A stretch of DNA of 64,000 bases from a virus. The DNA is taken from the IMG/VR virus record IMGVR_UViG_3300045136_000267; one strand, 5' to 3'. The notes below the pieces were generated by a model, which ran no database searches, had not been told where the DNA came from, and was given only the letters and a program-made list of their open reading frames with translations. The position numbers and the translations under genes are program-made. Position 1 is the first letter of the stretch; the number at the start of each line of letters is the position of its first letter. This document shows positions 1 to 9,590 of the stretch, piece by piece.

Positions 1-1
1 A

Positions 2-349
2 ATGTATCTCTTAGGTAATACTATAGGCAAAGCGCAAGAAACTTATGCTGCTAAGACTAAAGAAGTGGAATCTGATGAAGATATGATTGAAAGCTATGCT
101 CAGATTGCTGGTACTAGACTAAGTGATGTGCAAGCTCTAAACAAATTCTCTATTAGCTTGATGAAGAAATTGAATAGATTAGCAGCAATGGAATCTTCTC
201 CACAGAAAAATACCAGAAGAACTCCTATAGTCAAGAATTTTACTCCCGAGAATAAACTCGAATCTGAGCATAAGCTAGAAGAAACTGCTACTAAAGAACA
301 TAAATCTTCTGTCAGCCTTGAAGAATTATTTAATGAACAGAAAATTTAA
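2..349 (+). CDS. Hypothetical protein, 5'-truncated by the window edge
   Basis: Open frame from the window start that stops 2 nt before the RNAP start codon. Confidence 0.6.
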   Translation: MYLLGNTIGKAQETYAAKTKEVESDEDMIESYAQIAGTRLSDVQALNKFSISLMKKLNRLAAMESSPQKNTRRTPIVKNFTPENKLESEHKLEETATKEHKSSVSLEELFNEQKI

Positions 350-351
350 TT

Positions 352-3300
352 ATGCAGACATTAGCTAGGCCTGTTCAAGAACTTGAAGAATTGAATCCTG
401 ATACCTTTAAGTCTGTAGATACATCTCCAACGTTACCTACTATTACTGACATTCCCAAGAATTCTATAGCAGTAGATGACATTCAAGCAATCAGACATAA
501 AATCTTTGATAATGTACTTAAAACATTATCTTCTGCTCCAGCACACGCTTATGGTAATTATGTTCTTAAATTAGAGAATCTTAAATATGCTGACCCTGAT
601 AAGTTTTCTATTCAAGACGAAAGAGATGCAATTATTAAAGGTAATTCTCTTACTAGAAGACTAGTAGGCGATTATGTTCTTATTGATGCCAAGACTGGGA
701 AAGAGATAGCTAGAAGAAAGCAGTTAGTAGCTAGAGTACCTTATCTTACTAGTCATGGATCCTTCATTTTCAATGGAAATGCTTACAGTATTGCCAATCA
801 ACTACGTTTAAAGCCTGGCGTCTTCATACGTCTCCGTGGTGATGGTAATGCAGATACTTTCGTAAATACTGTCAAAGGATTGACTCATCATTATACCCTT
901 GACCCTGAAAAGGGTATATTCTACATGTCCTTTGGTAATGTAAATATTCCACTATTTACCGTTCTAAAAGCACTCAACGTCCCTGATGAAAAGATTCTAA
1001 GTGCTTGGGGTCAGAAACTATATGCTTCTAACGCCGCTGCCGGAGCTAAAGCTAACATTGCTAAATTATTTAAGAACAGATTATCTCCAGAACAGATAAA
1101 TCAAGCTCTTCCTAAACTATTAGAGAGCATGAAGTTAGATCCAACAGCTACCCAGCTAACTATTGGTATTCCTGCTACCCATGTCACTCCAGACGTAATG
1201 CTTGAAGCTACTAAGAAAATGCTAAAAGTATGGAAGGGAGAAGCAGAAGCTGATGAGCGTGATGCTTTACACTTCCAGAAAATAGCAGGAGTAGAACATT
1301 TAATTCCAGAATATGTATTCAGAGCACATCAAGGATTACGTAAGTTCATTCCTAGAGCTGTAAGAAAGAATTTCGATTTAAGCGTTATCCCTAGTAATTA
1401 TTATTGGACAGGCATCTCAGATTTACTTCTCGGTAGTGGCTTAGCCGAGATTTTGGAAGAAATTAATCCCACTGAGACCCTCGATAGACTATACAGAGTT
1501 ACTAAGTTAGGCGCCGGTGGTATTGAACAAGTAGAAGCCGTACCAGAGGAAGCTAGATCTGTACATCAGACCCACATGGGTTTTATAGATCCAGCAGTAA
1601 CAGGTAAGTTAAAGCGAGTAGGCGTAGATTTAAGACTTGCATATCTTACTAGGAGAGATGAGAACGGTAAACTTTATACAGTATTTAAAGATGTAAAGTC
1701 CGGTAAATTCGTATGGCGTTCTCCAGAAGATCTCATTAATGCCGTAGTAGTTTATCCTGGTGAAATGGATAATAAAGATAATTATGTATTGGGATCTAAG
1801 AACGGCAGAATTAGATATTTCAACAGAGAAGAAGTAGATTACGAACTACCTTATGGGGAACAATATTTCAATACAATTACTAATTTTCTACCTGCACAAG
1901 GAACAACCTTCCCCCAACGTATCATGATGGGTCAGCAAATGCATTTGCAGGCCCTTCCATTAATTAATGCTGAAGAACCTCTAGTTCAGGGGAAGCTACC
2001 TAATCAAGATAACTCTTTCCAAAGAGCTGCATATAAATATTACGGTGTAGTTAAAAGTGATGTAGATGGAATAGTAGAATCTGTAAGTCCTAATAGAATA
2101 GTTGTCAGAGACAAAAGATCTAATAAGAAAACTGTATACGAATTATACAATAATTTCCCTTTCAATAGAAAGACGTTCATTCATAACACCCCAGTAGTTA
2201 AAACAGGGGATGAAGTATACAAGAACCAATTATTAGCGACTTCTAATTTCTCCGATAAGAATGGCAATCCCGCTTTCGGATTAAATGCTTACATAGCATT
2301 TTTACCTTATCGTGGTTACAACTATGAAGATGCTTACGTGGTATCTGAATCTTTTGCTAAAAGATTAAACTCTGAACATATGTATCAAGAAACTCTGGAT
2401 ATAGCTCCAAACATAATCACTGGAAAAGATGCTTATAAAGCGGCGTTTCCAGGTAAGTATTCAGAGGAATTTTACAATAACTATGATGAAAATGGATTCT
2501 TAAAACCAGGTAGAAAAGCTATTAAAGGACAACCATTAATTTTAGCTGTAAAATCTGCAGATCCGGGTAGAATAGGAGCAAAAAAGAAGATACTTTCTGA
2601 TGCATCTATTATTTGGGATCATGAAAATCCTGGTGTAGTAATAGATACTCATAAAGGAAGAGACAATCTTTATATCAACATTAAGTCTAATTCTTTAGCA
2701 ATTGAAGGAGACAAGTTAACCGGTAGATTTGGTGACAAGGGTGTAATCGCTAGGATCATTCCTGATAGTGAAATGCCTAGAGATAGTCTAGGCAGACCCT
2801 TTGATTTACTAGTTAATCCTCTAGGACTAGCTACTAGAGGTAATATGGGGCAAATCTATGAGGCTGTTCTAGGTAAAATTGCCGCTAAAAATAAGAAACC
2901 TGTATTTGTTCCAGCCTTCATGAGCGACTATTACGTTTTTGCTGATAATATGTTGAAGGCCAATAGGGTTTCCCCCACAGATACTGTTTATGACCCAAAA
3001 TTTGGCACATATATTCCTAATGTTTTAACTGGATATAAATATGTGATGAAATTGCATCACATGGCAGAATCTAAGTTGCAAGAAAGAGAGACTGCTGAAT
3101 ATACAGCAGAAGACATGCCTGCTAGAGGAGGTAAGACAGGGGCAAAATATATAGGTTTCTTGGAATTGATGGGTATCTTAGGTCACAATGCTTTCAATGT
3201 TATTAGAGATGCCAAGTTTGTTAGAGGACAAAGAAATGACAGATTTTGGCTAGATTTCATGCGTGGTGCTACTCCCACAGTCAATACATCAACATTGGTT

Positions 3301-4755
3301 TATGATAAATTTGTAAACCTATTAAAAGCTGCAGGTATAAATATAGAAAGTAACAACGACACTTTGAATCTTTTCGCCCTTACAAACTCTGATATCGCTA
3401 ACCTGACTGCAGATAGGGTAATTAGAAATCCAAATACTGTTAAAGTATTACGTGATGATGTTAAGCCAATAACAGGCGGTTTATTTGATCCGACTATTAC
3501 TGGAGGTCTAGATGGTAGGCATTGGAGCTATTTTGAATTATCTGAACCATTTCCAAATCCAGTAATGGAAGATGTAATTCGTACATTATTGGATTTAACA
3601 GAGAAAGATTACATTGACATTCTAATAGGAAAGAAAACTCTTGAAGGTTCAAATAAATTAGGGCCAGAAGCCCTTAAGGAAGTCTTATCAGAATTTAATG
3701 TTGATAAAGAACTAGATACAGCTATTCGCAATTACAAAGTAGCTCCTGCTAGCAAAAAAAGTGCTTTGATAAAGAAGATTAGATATCTACGGGCTATAAA
3801 GCAAACTAATCAAAAGCCAGAAGAATGGTTCTGGACGAGAATGCCTATTATTCCACCAATCTTTCGTCCAGTCTCCTTAACTAATAAAGTAATAACGGTA
3901 GCTGATGTTAATGCTTTGTATCAAGATTTGTATGAAGCTAATGAAATATTAAATTCTCAGAAGAAATTCATGGAAAATCCATCAGAAGCTAGACTTGCTG
4001 TCTACAACGGCATGAAGGCTGTAGCAGGAATAGGTGATCCTATTCAAGTTAAACATAAGCAGCAGGGGTTAAGGGGTTTATTACAGCAGATAGTAGGTAC
4101 CAGGTCTAAAACAAGCTATGTAATGCGTAAGCTTATTGGTATAACTACTGACTTGGTAGGTAGAGCTGTAATCATTCCAAATCCTGCCTTGGATATAGAT
4201 CATGTAGGTATTCCCATAGAAATGGCCTGGACTTTATTCAGGCCAGTAATAATAAGAAATCTGACTAAACGCGGACTTTCTCTAGTAGATGCAATAAAAG
4301 CATATAATGATAAATCTAAATATGCAGTAGATGCGTTACTAGAAGAGATAAATAACAGGGTAGTTATAGTAAATAGAGCGCCAGTACTGCATAGATATGG
4401 TGTAATGGCATTTAAGCCAGTTCTTACAAAGAATAAAGTAGTAGAATTCAATCCTCAAATAACGTCAGCTTTTGGAGCAGACTTTGATGGTGATGCTGTT
4501 CAAGTACATCTTCCCATACTTGATGAAGCTCAAAAAGAAGCTAAGATGAAAATGCTACCATCAAAGAATTTATTCTCTTCTGCTAATTTTGGACTGTTAT
4601 ATCCTCCGATTAGAGAGTATGCTTTAGGTTTATGGCTGGCAACAGCTTACGAAGATAAAACTAAAAAACCTGTAAGGTTTAAATCTATTGGCGACCTACT
4701 TAAAGCATATAATAGAGGTGAAATTACAATAAATACGCCAGTAGAAATTGGTTAG
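352..4755 (+). CDS. Phage multi-subunit RNA polymerase: beta fused to the N-terminal (catalytic) half of beta'
   Basis: Beta motifs GYNYEDA, GDKLTGRFGDKG, NPLG..RGN.GQ, KLHHM and the C-terminal FVNLLKAAGINIE. These run directly into beta' motifs KPITGGLF, PIIPPIFRP, GRAVI, NRAPVLHR and the catalytic GADFDGD (4474-4494). Confidence 0.96.
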   Translation: MQTLARPVQELEELNPDTFKSVDTSPTLPTITDIPKNSIAVDDIQAIRHKIFDNVLKTLSSAPAHAYGNYVLKLENLKYADPDKFSIQDERDAIIKGNSLTRRLVGDYVLIDAKTGKEIARRKQLVARVPYLTSHGSFIFNGNAYSIANQLRLKPGVFIRLRGDGNADTFVNTVKGLTHHYTLDPEKGIFYMSFGNVNIPLFTVLKALNVPDEKILSAWGQKLYASNAAAGAKANIAKLFKNRLSPEQINQALPKLLESMKLDPTATQLTIGIPATHVTPDVMLEATKKMLKVWKGEAEADERDALHFQKIAGVEHLIPEYVFRAHQGLRKFIPRAVRKNFDLSVIPSNYYWTGISDLLLGSGLAEILEEINPTETLDRLYRVTKLGAGGIEQVEAVPEEARSVHQTHMGFIDPAVTGKLKRVGVDLRLAYLTRRDENGKLYTVFKDVKSGKFVWRSPEDLINAVVVYPGEMDNKDNYVLGSKNGRIRYFNREEVDYELPYGEQYFNTITNFLPAQGTTFPQRIMMGQQMHLQALPLINAEEPLVQGKLPNQDNSFQRAAYKYYGVVKSDVDGIVESVSPNRIVVRDKRSNKKTVYELYNNFPFNRKTFIHNTPVVKTGDEVYKNQLLATSNFSDKNGNPAFGLNAYIAFLPYRGYNYEDAYVVSESFAKRLNSEHMYQETLDIAPNIITGKDAYKAAFPGKYSEEFYNNYDENGFLKPGRKAIKGQPLILAVKSADPGRIGAKKKILSDASIIWDHENPGVVIDTHKGRDNLYINIKSNSLAIEGDKLTGRFGDKGVIARIIPDSEMPRDSLGRPFDLLVNPLGLATRGNMGQIYEAVLGKIAAKNKKPVFVPAFMSDYYVFADNMLKANRVSPTDTVYDPKFGTYIPNVLTGYKYVMKLHHMAESKLQERETAEYTAEDMPARGGKTGAKYIGFLELMGILGHNAFNVIRDAKFVRGQRNDRFWLDFMRGATPTVNTSTLVYDKFVNLLKAAGINIESNNDTLNLFALTNSDIANLTADRVIRNPNTVKVLRDDVKPITGGLFDPTITGGLDGRHWSYFELSEPFPNPVMEDVIRTLLDLTEKDYIDILIGKKTLEGSNKLGPEALKEVLSEFNVDKELDTAIRNYKVAPASKKSALIKKIRYLRAIKQTNQKPEEWFWTRMPIIPPIFRPVSLTNKVITVADVNALYQDLYEANEILNSQKKFMENPSEARLAVYNGMKAVAGIGDPIQVKHKQQGLRGLLQQIVGTRSKTSYVMRKLIGITTDLVGRAVIIPNPALDIDHVGIPIEMAWTLFRPVIIRNLTKRGLSLVDAIKAYNDKSKYAVDALLEEINNRVVIVNRAPVLHRYGVMAFKPVLTKNKVVEFNPQITSAFGADFDGDAVQVHLPILDEAQKEAKMKMLPSKNLFSSANFGLLYPPIREYALGLWLATAYEDKTKKPVRFKSIGDLLKAYNRGEITINTPVEIG

Positions 4756-4778
4756 TCTTTTTTATTAGGAGAGTTTGA

Positions 4779-5372
4779 ATGAAAGGTTCTCATTTATTTC
4801 AATTAGATCCTAATGCTTTCATGAAGGCTTTAGCTAAATTAGCTTCCGAAAAGAACGCCTTTGTTCCTCCTGGTGGCGGTGCTCCTCCTGGTGCTCCTCC
4901 TGGAGGTATGCCTATGGATCCTGCCATGATGGGTATGGCAGCTCCTCCCGGTGGTGGTGCTACTCCAATGGATCCTGCCATGATGGGTATGGCTCCTCCG
5001 CCTGGAGGTATGCCTATGGATCCATCAATGATGGGTGGCGGGGCTCCTCCTGGTGGAGGCGCTCCTCCTCCGATGGGCGGTGGGCTTCCTCCGGAATTGA
5101 TGCAGTTATTAGCTTCTCCGCCCGGCGGTGCTCCTGAGTCCACTGATAATTCTGGCGCTCCTGGCTCTGAAGTCGGTGAGGAGCAAGGTACCGGTACTTC
5201 TACCAGTACTCTAATGGAAATGAAACCCGAAGAGTTCAAAACCTTAGTGATTGATGCTGTAGAAAAAGGTTTCGCTAATTCTGCAGATTCAATGTTAAGG
5301 GTACTAGAAGATATTAGAGATGCTTTAACTAATAAGGCTGGTACTTCTAGAGGCGAGAACGAGAACCTCTAA
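4779..5372 (+). CDS. Pro/Gly/Met-rich low-complexity protein between the RNAP genes
   Basis: AGGAG RBS, three PMDP(A/S)MMG repeats and several GGAPP repeats; tightly packed with both neighbours. Confidence 0.8.
   Translation: MKGSHLFQLDPNAFMKALAKLASEKNAFVPPGGGAPPGAPPGGMPMDPAMMGMAAPPGGGATPMDPAMMGMAPPPGGMPMDPSMMGGGAPPGGGAPPPMGGGLPPELMQLLASPPGGAPESTDNSGAPGSEVGEEQGTGTSTSTLMEMKPEEFKTLVIDAVEKGFANSADSMLRVLEDIRDALTNKAGTSRGENENL
4870..5140 (+). repeat. Coding repeats (atggatcc..ccatgatgggt x3; gctcctcc(t)ggtgg)
   Basis: Imperfect direct repeats visible in the DNA, with locally high GC. Confidence 0.8.
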
Positions 5373-5379
5373 TTAATTA

Positions 5380-7230
5380 ATGACTACAGCAGGTGCTGTT
5401 TTAATAAATGCAATATTACCAGAGGATATAAAAGTATCTGGTACTTTAGACGTAAAAGAGATAAGGGCTCTTTTGTCTAAAGTAGCTCAGAAGTATCCAG
5501 ATAAATTTCCAGAGATTTCTTTGAAGTTAGGGAACTTGGGTGCCGATTTTGCATATCGGCACCCAAAGTCTTCTTTTTCTTGGGAGGAATTAGCTCCTAC
5601 ATACGAATTAGATAATCTAAGAAAAGATTTATATTCTAAAGTTAGAGAAATAATTTCCGATTCCACTACAGACTGGGATAAAAAGTCTAGTAAAATAATA
5701 GATATAGTATCTAAATATGATGATCTCTTCTTGGAAAAAACCAAAGAGATATTGAAACAGAGAGGTGGGGCTCTTTACGGTCAGTCTTCTTCTGGTACTA
5801 GAGGTAAACCTGTAGATATTAGAAGACTTCTAACGGGTGATATTCTCTACGTAGATCATAAGAATCGACCTATTCCTGTTCCAGTATTACGCGGTTATTC
5901 AATGGGTCTAAGACCAAGCGAATACTGGCTAGCAACTTTCGGCGCCAGAAAAGGATTCGTGACTACGAATCTTGGAACAGCAGATGCTGGGTACCTAAGC
6001 AAACAATTAACTAATGCTGCTCATAGACTTATAGTCACTGCTGTTGATTATAAAGGTAAGGATCCACTACCTATTGGATTACCAGTAGATACTTCAGATC
6101 CTGATAATGCTGGTAGCTTTCTTGCCGCAGATGTAGGCGGCTATAAACGAAATACTTTATTAACTCCAGAGATATTAGCTGATTTGAAAAATAAAGGTTT
6201 TAACCAGATTCTTGTCAGAAGCGTTTTAACCAAAAGACTACCAGGTGGTGGAGTAACTGCTAAAGATGTTGGATTAATGGAAAACGGTAGAATGTTAAGC
6301 CCAGGGGATATGATTGGAATAATTGCTTCTCAATCTCTAGGTGAACCTGTAACACAAATGGTTATTGGGGCTAAACATTCTGGTGGTACTTCTAAGACTA
6401 AGATAGACATTGGTTCTTTGATTCTAGCTTTGCAAGTACCCAAACAATATAGGGGAGCTGTACATACCGACAATGCAGGTACTGTTAAAAACATTACGGA
6501 TGCTTCTGCTGGTGGTAAGATTGTTACCATTGATAATGAACAGTATTACGTACCTCCGCAAGAAGAAGTAAATGTAAAAATTGGTGACTTTGTAGAAGCT
6601 GGTGATCCTATTAGTTCTGGAATTCCAAATATTTCTAAGTTAGTACAGCATAAAGGCATTGGAGAAGGTAGAAGGAAATATGTAGAATTATTAAGAGATA
6701 TTTATAAGCAAACAGGTTTTAATATAATAAGAAGAAACTTTGAAATATTAGTTTCTGGATTAATAGATCATGTAAAATTAACTCAACCCATAGGGAATTA
6801 CATTCCTGGAGATGTGGTATCTTACACGTGGTTAGAATCTAAGTGGACACCACGGGAAGGTAGTAAATGGATATCAGTAGATAAAGCTGCAGGAAAATAT
6901 CTAGAATTGCCAGTTTTACATTATACTATCGGAACAGCTATTGCACCATCTATGGTGAAAATATTAAAACAATTTAATATTGACAATGTTTTAGTACATG
7001 ACGATCCTCCGCCATTTGAACCTTACATGGTTCCGGCTGCTAAAGTTATTGATTATGATCCAGATTGGTTAGTACGATTTTTAGGTGGTACCTTTGGACA
7101 GAAGAGAAGCTTAATAAAAGCTGTTAGTGAGGGACATAAGAGTGAGATTTTCTCTACTTCTTATGTACCTCCTTTCGTTACCGGGAAAGCATTTGCCACG
7201 GAGTGGCCTAAAAAGATTCTGCAAAGTTGA
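5380..7230 (+). CDS. Phage RNA polymerase beta' C-terminal half
   Basis: Starts TTAG..LIN.ILP; SGTRG; bridge helix GARKGFVTTNLGTADAGYLSKQL; trigger loop SQSLGEPVTQM...HSGG; GD.V.AGD; RRNFEILV. Confidence 0.94.
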   Translation: MTTAGAVLINAILPEDIKVSGTLDVKEIRALLSKVAQKYPDKFPEISLKLGNLGADFAYRHPKSSFSWEELAPTYELDNLRKDLYSKVREIISDSTTDWDKKSSKIIDIVSKYDDLFLEKTKEILKQRGGALYGQSSSGTRGKPVDIRRLLTGDILYVDHKNRPIPVPVLRGYSMGLRPSEYWLATFGARKGFVTTNLGTADAGYLSKQLTNAAHRLIVTAVDYKGKDPLPIGLPVDTSDPDNAGSFLAADVGGYKRNTLLTPEILADLKNKGFNQILVRSVLTKRLPGGGVTAKDVGLMENGRMLSPGDMIGIIASQSLGEPVTQMVIGAKHSGGTSKTKIDIGSLILALQVPKQYRGAVHTDNAGTVKNITDASAGGKIVTIDNEQYYVPPQEEVNVKIGDFVEAGDPISSGIPNISKLVQHKGIGEGRRKYVELLRDIYKQTGFNIIRRNFEILVSGLIDHVKLTQPIGNYIPGDVVSYTWLESKWTPREGSKWISVDKAAGKYLELPVLHYTIGTAIAPSMVKILKQFNIDNVLVHDDPPPFEPYMVPAAKVIDYDPDWLVRFLGGTFGQKRSLIKAVSEGHKSEIFSTSYVPPFVTGKAFATEWPKKILQS

Positions 7231-7250
7231 TGCAAATGAGTTTTTGAATT

Positions 7251-9587
7251 ATGACTTCTAGCTTAAGTACTAGTTTTTCTGTCTTAAGAAAATTACCTGA
7301 AAAGAGGTTTCTGGGTAATTATAAATTTGCAGCCGCAGAGGGGGATGAAGGTAATTATGAAGCTGCTTTGAGCAACATTGCTCATGCTTATATACAAGAC
7401 GTAGCCCCAGATCTACTTCCTTATGAATTGGGATTTCAGTTAGTTGAAAAGAACAGAGACGCTAATAGAGCCCTTGGTGTATTTGGTTTTAAGATAAACA
7501 ACTTAGTTTGTTATATTCCTATTTTCTTTATTGATGGAGACATTTTTGGCCTAGATCTTCTCTTTGTTCATAATTTTAAGCGCTGGATTCCTCTTGAGAG
7601 AGAATTTGTAAAGAAATTAATTAATTCTTCTAAAGCAGCTGTAGGTAGTCCAGTAGATGCTCTATCTAAATCGTTATTATCTGAATTACCTAATTTAATG
7701 CAATTTAAGCCTTATACGCTCAAGTGGGCTATGGACCTACCTGAATGGCTAAGACCTTTCTCTGTAGAACTAGTAAATAACAAAAGAGCACCTAAAGTAG
7801 AGAGAAAAGAGAGATTATTAGATTTACTTTCTAAATCCGCTTCTGCCGCAAGGAAATTTAGTGAATTTTTACTTGAGCATCCTATTTACATTAAATCTTT
7901 TGACAAAGCCTATGGTTTGAATCGTATTAAAGAAGCTATTAAAACAGCGGCTGATACTGACAAAAAACCAGTAATTCCTTCATTGGAGGAATCTGGTAAA
8001 CCTGCTGATGTAGAGATTTATACTAATATCCATTCAGACGCTATTCATAAACTTACTGAGACAGAATTGGCCACCCTTAGAAGACAAGGATATTATGTAA
8101 AGGATAAGAGAAATAAAACTACTATTATAAAACCGTATGAATTTAACAATAAGAAAGCACAGACGGTAGATAAAGCAGGTTTTTATCATCTATTACTTGC
8201 CGATCTATCTAGAGTGTGTGCTTTTGTAGTACCTATCGTAGCTGAATTTGATGAAGATGTTTATTCGTCTTCTAATGAGAACGAAAGAAAGCGTCGTGAT
8301 AAGCATATTAAGCATTCTTATTTAGTAGTTCCTATTTATAGAATGGCAGAAGATGGTGAAATCTTAAAGACTTATTCTGGTGACCTTGGCTTTGTCGCTT
8401 ATTCTGATAGCTTAGTGGCTATTAATACTCCAAAAGACTATGATAAACATTCTATTAATGACTTTAAGTCATTAAGAAATATCGAAGGTAATAAAGATTA
8501 TTACAGCAGATATATAGTATTTACAGCAAATAATGCTACTCCTCCTATTAGGCAGTTAAAGAAATTAGATAAACAACATAGAGGTAGGACACTATTCTCT
8601 GTAGACTTAGACTGTGGTTGTGTATCTGAGGGACCAATCGAGCCATATCCTACCCATCTTGTATTAGATCCTGTTCTAACTAATGAAATTAAGTTCCATA
8701 AGAGATTTGATAATAATGCTAAATGGAATGAAAAGTCTATAAGATTACATGTTCCTGTCAATGCTAAATATGTGAAACTAATAAACGATTATGTAGACTC
8801 TGATTCTGAAGAGGCAGAAATAAATAGTATTAGGCATGGTCTTGTTAGTTCTAATGACATTTTACGTACTCTTCTTAAGAGTGCAGATGGTGAATTAAAG
8901 GCATTTGAAATATCTAACGATGAGGTAATCATTAATAACAAACCCTTGAATAAGAAAGCTGCCTTTCAACATCTAATTCTAGACTATGGCTTGAGTGAAG
9001 CTGACGCTAAAGAAGTATTGAAGAAAGTTGCATATAAGAAGGAAGCTAGATACGTCTATAAAAAAGCAGATGATATGAATTTTCCAAATGCTCCTCCGCC
9101 TCCAGGAGGACCTGCATTGGAAAAGATGCAGCCTTATCTAGGTTCGTTTGGACAAGCTCCTGCAACTAGTCCTCTTTACTCTATTCTAGTAAATCAAATT
9201 CCAGGCCTCCCATTGCCTGATAATCCTTATTCTGATCTCAAAGGTACTATTGATTTTGATAAGATTGTCAATCAAGCGATTCAATCCGGGGAAAAAGAAA
9301 TTCTGGACACTAGCGTATTTACTGGTTTGATCCATGCTACTGATGAGAGAGAATTAATAGATAAATATTTTGATGACATAGTAGATGGTCTAAATGCTAT
9401 TGGACAACTATTATTTAATATTTACATGCATAAAGACAAAATTGAAGAAGTATATGGTAAAGAATCTTATAAAGAGATAGAAAATCTAGTTAGAAATAAT
9501 TTCAGAAATTTAGGAAAGATGGTAGTAAGGTTATTCAATAGACCTAATACTTCTAACTTCAAACCATTAACTTCTTTAGAGGTGTAA
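7251..9587 (+). CDS. Large hypothetical protein, probably virion/head-associated
   Basis: 778-aa ORF at the start of the head region with many K-x-A motifs. Confidence 0.55.
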   Translation: MTSSLSTSFSVLRKLPEKRFLGNYKFAAAEGDEGNYEAALSNIAHAYIQDVAPDLLPYELGFQLVEKNRDANRALGVFGFKINNLVCYIPIFFIDGDIFGLDLLFVHNFKRWIPLEREFVKKLINSSKAAVGSPVDALSKSLLSELPNLMQFKPYTLKWAMDLPEWLRPFSVELVNNKRAPKVERKERLLDLLSKSASAARKFSEFLLEHPIYIKSFDKAYGLNRIKEAIKTAADTDKKPVIPSLEESGKPADVEIYTNIHSDAIHKLTETELATLRRQGYYVKDKRNKTTIIKPYEFNNKKAQTVDKAGFYHLLLADLSRVCAFVVPIVAEFDEDVYSSSNENERKRRDKHIKHSYLVVPIYRMAEDGEILKTYSGDLGFVAYSDSLVAINTPKDYDKHSINDFKSLRNIEGNKDYYSRYIVFTANNATPPIRQLKKLDKQHRGRTLFSVDLDCGCVSEGPIEPYPTHLVLDPVLTNEIKFHKRFDNNAKWNEKSIRLHVPVNAKYVKLINDYVDSDSEEAEINSIRHGLVSSNDILRTLLKSADGELKAFEISNDEVIINNKPLNKKAAFQHLILDYGLSEADAKEVLKKVAYKKEARYVYKKADDMNFPNAPPPPGGPALEKMQPYLGSFGQAPATSPLYSILVNQIPGLPLPDNPYSDLKGTIDFDKIVNQAIQSGEKEILDTSVFTGLIHATDERELIDKYFDDIVDGLNAIGQLLFNIYMHKDKIEEVYGKESYKEIENLVRNNFRNLGKMVVRLFNRPNTSNFKPLTSLEV

Positions 9588-9590
9588 TAA

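Noticed and set aside
4799-5239. Antisense ORFs in the track (this one, 14070-14492, 41467-42606, 52292-52732, 58249-58749 and others)
   Set aside because: They are shadows of well-supported plus-strand genes, with no RBS or motifs.
352-7230. Cellular rpoBC operon
   Set aside because: No ribosomal protein or nusG neighbours; the genes are streamlined and flanked by capsid, terminase and tail genes.
7251-9587. Portal protein assignment
   Set aside because: The size fits but no portal motif is recognisable, so it is left as hypothetical.
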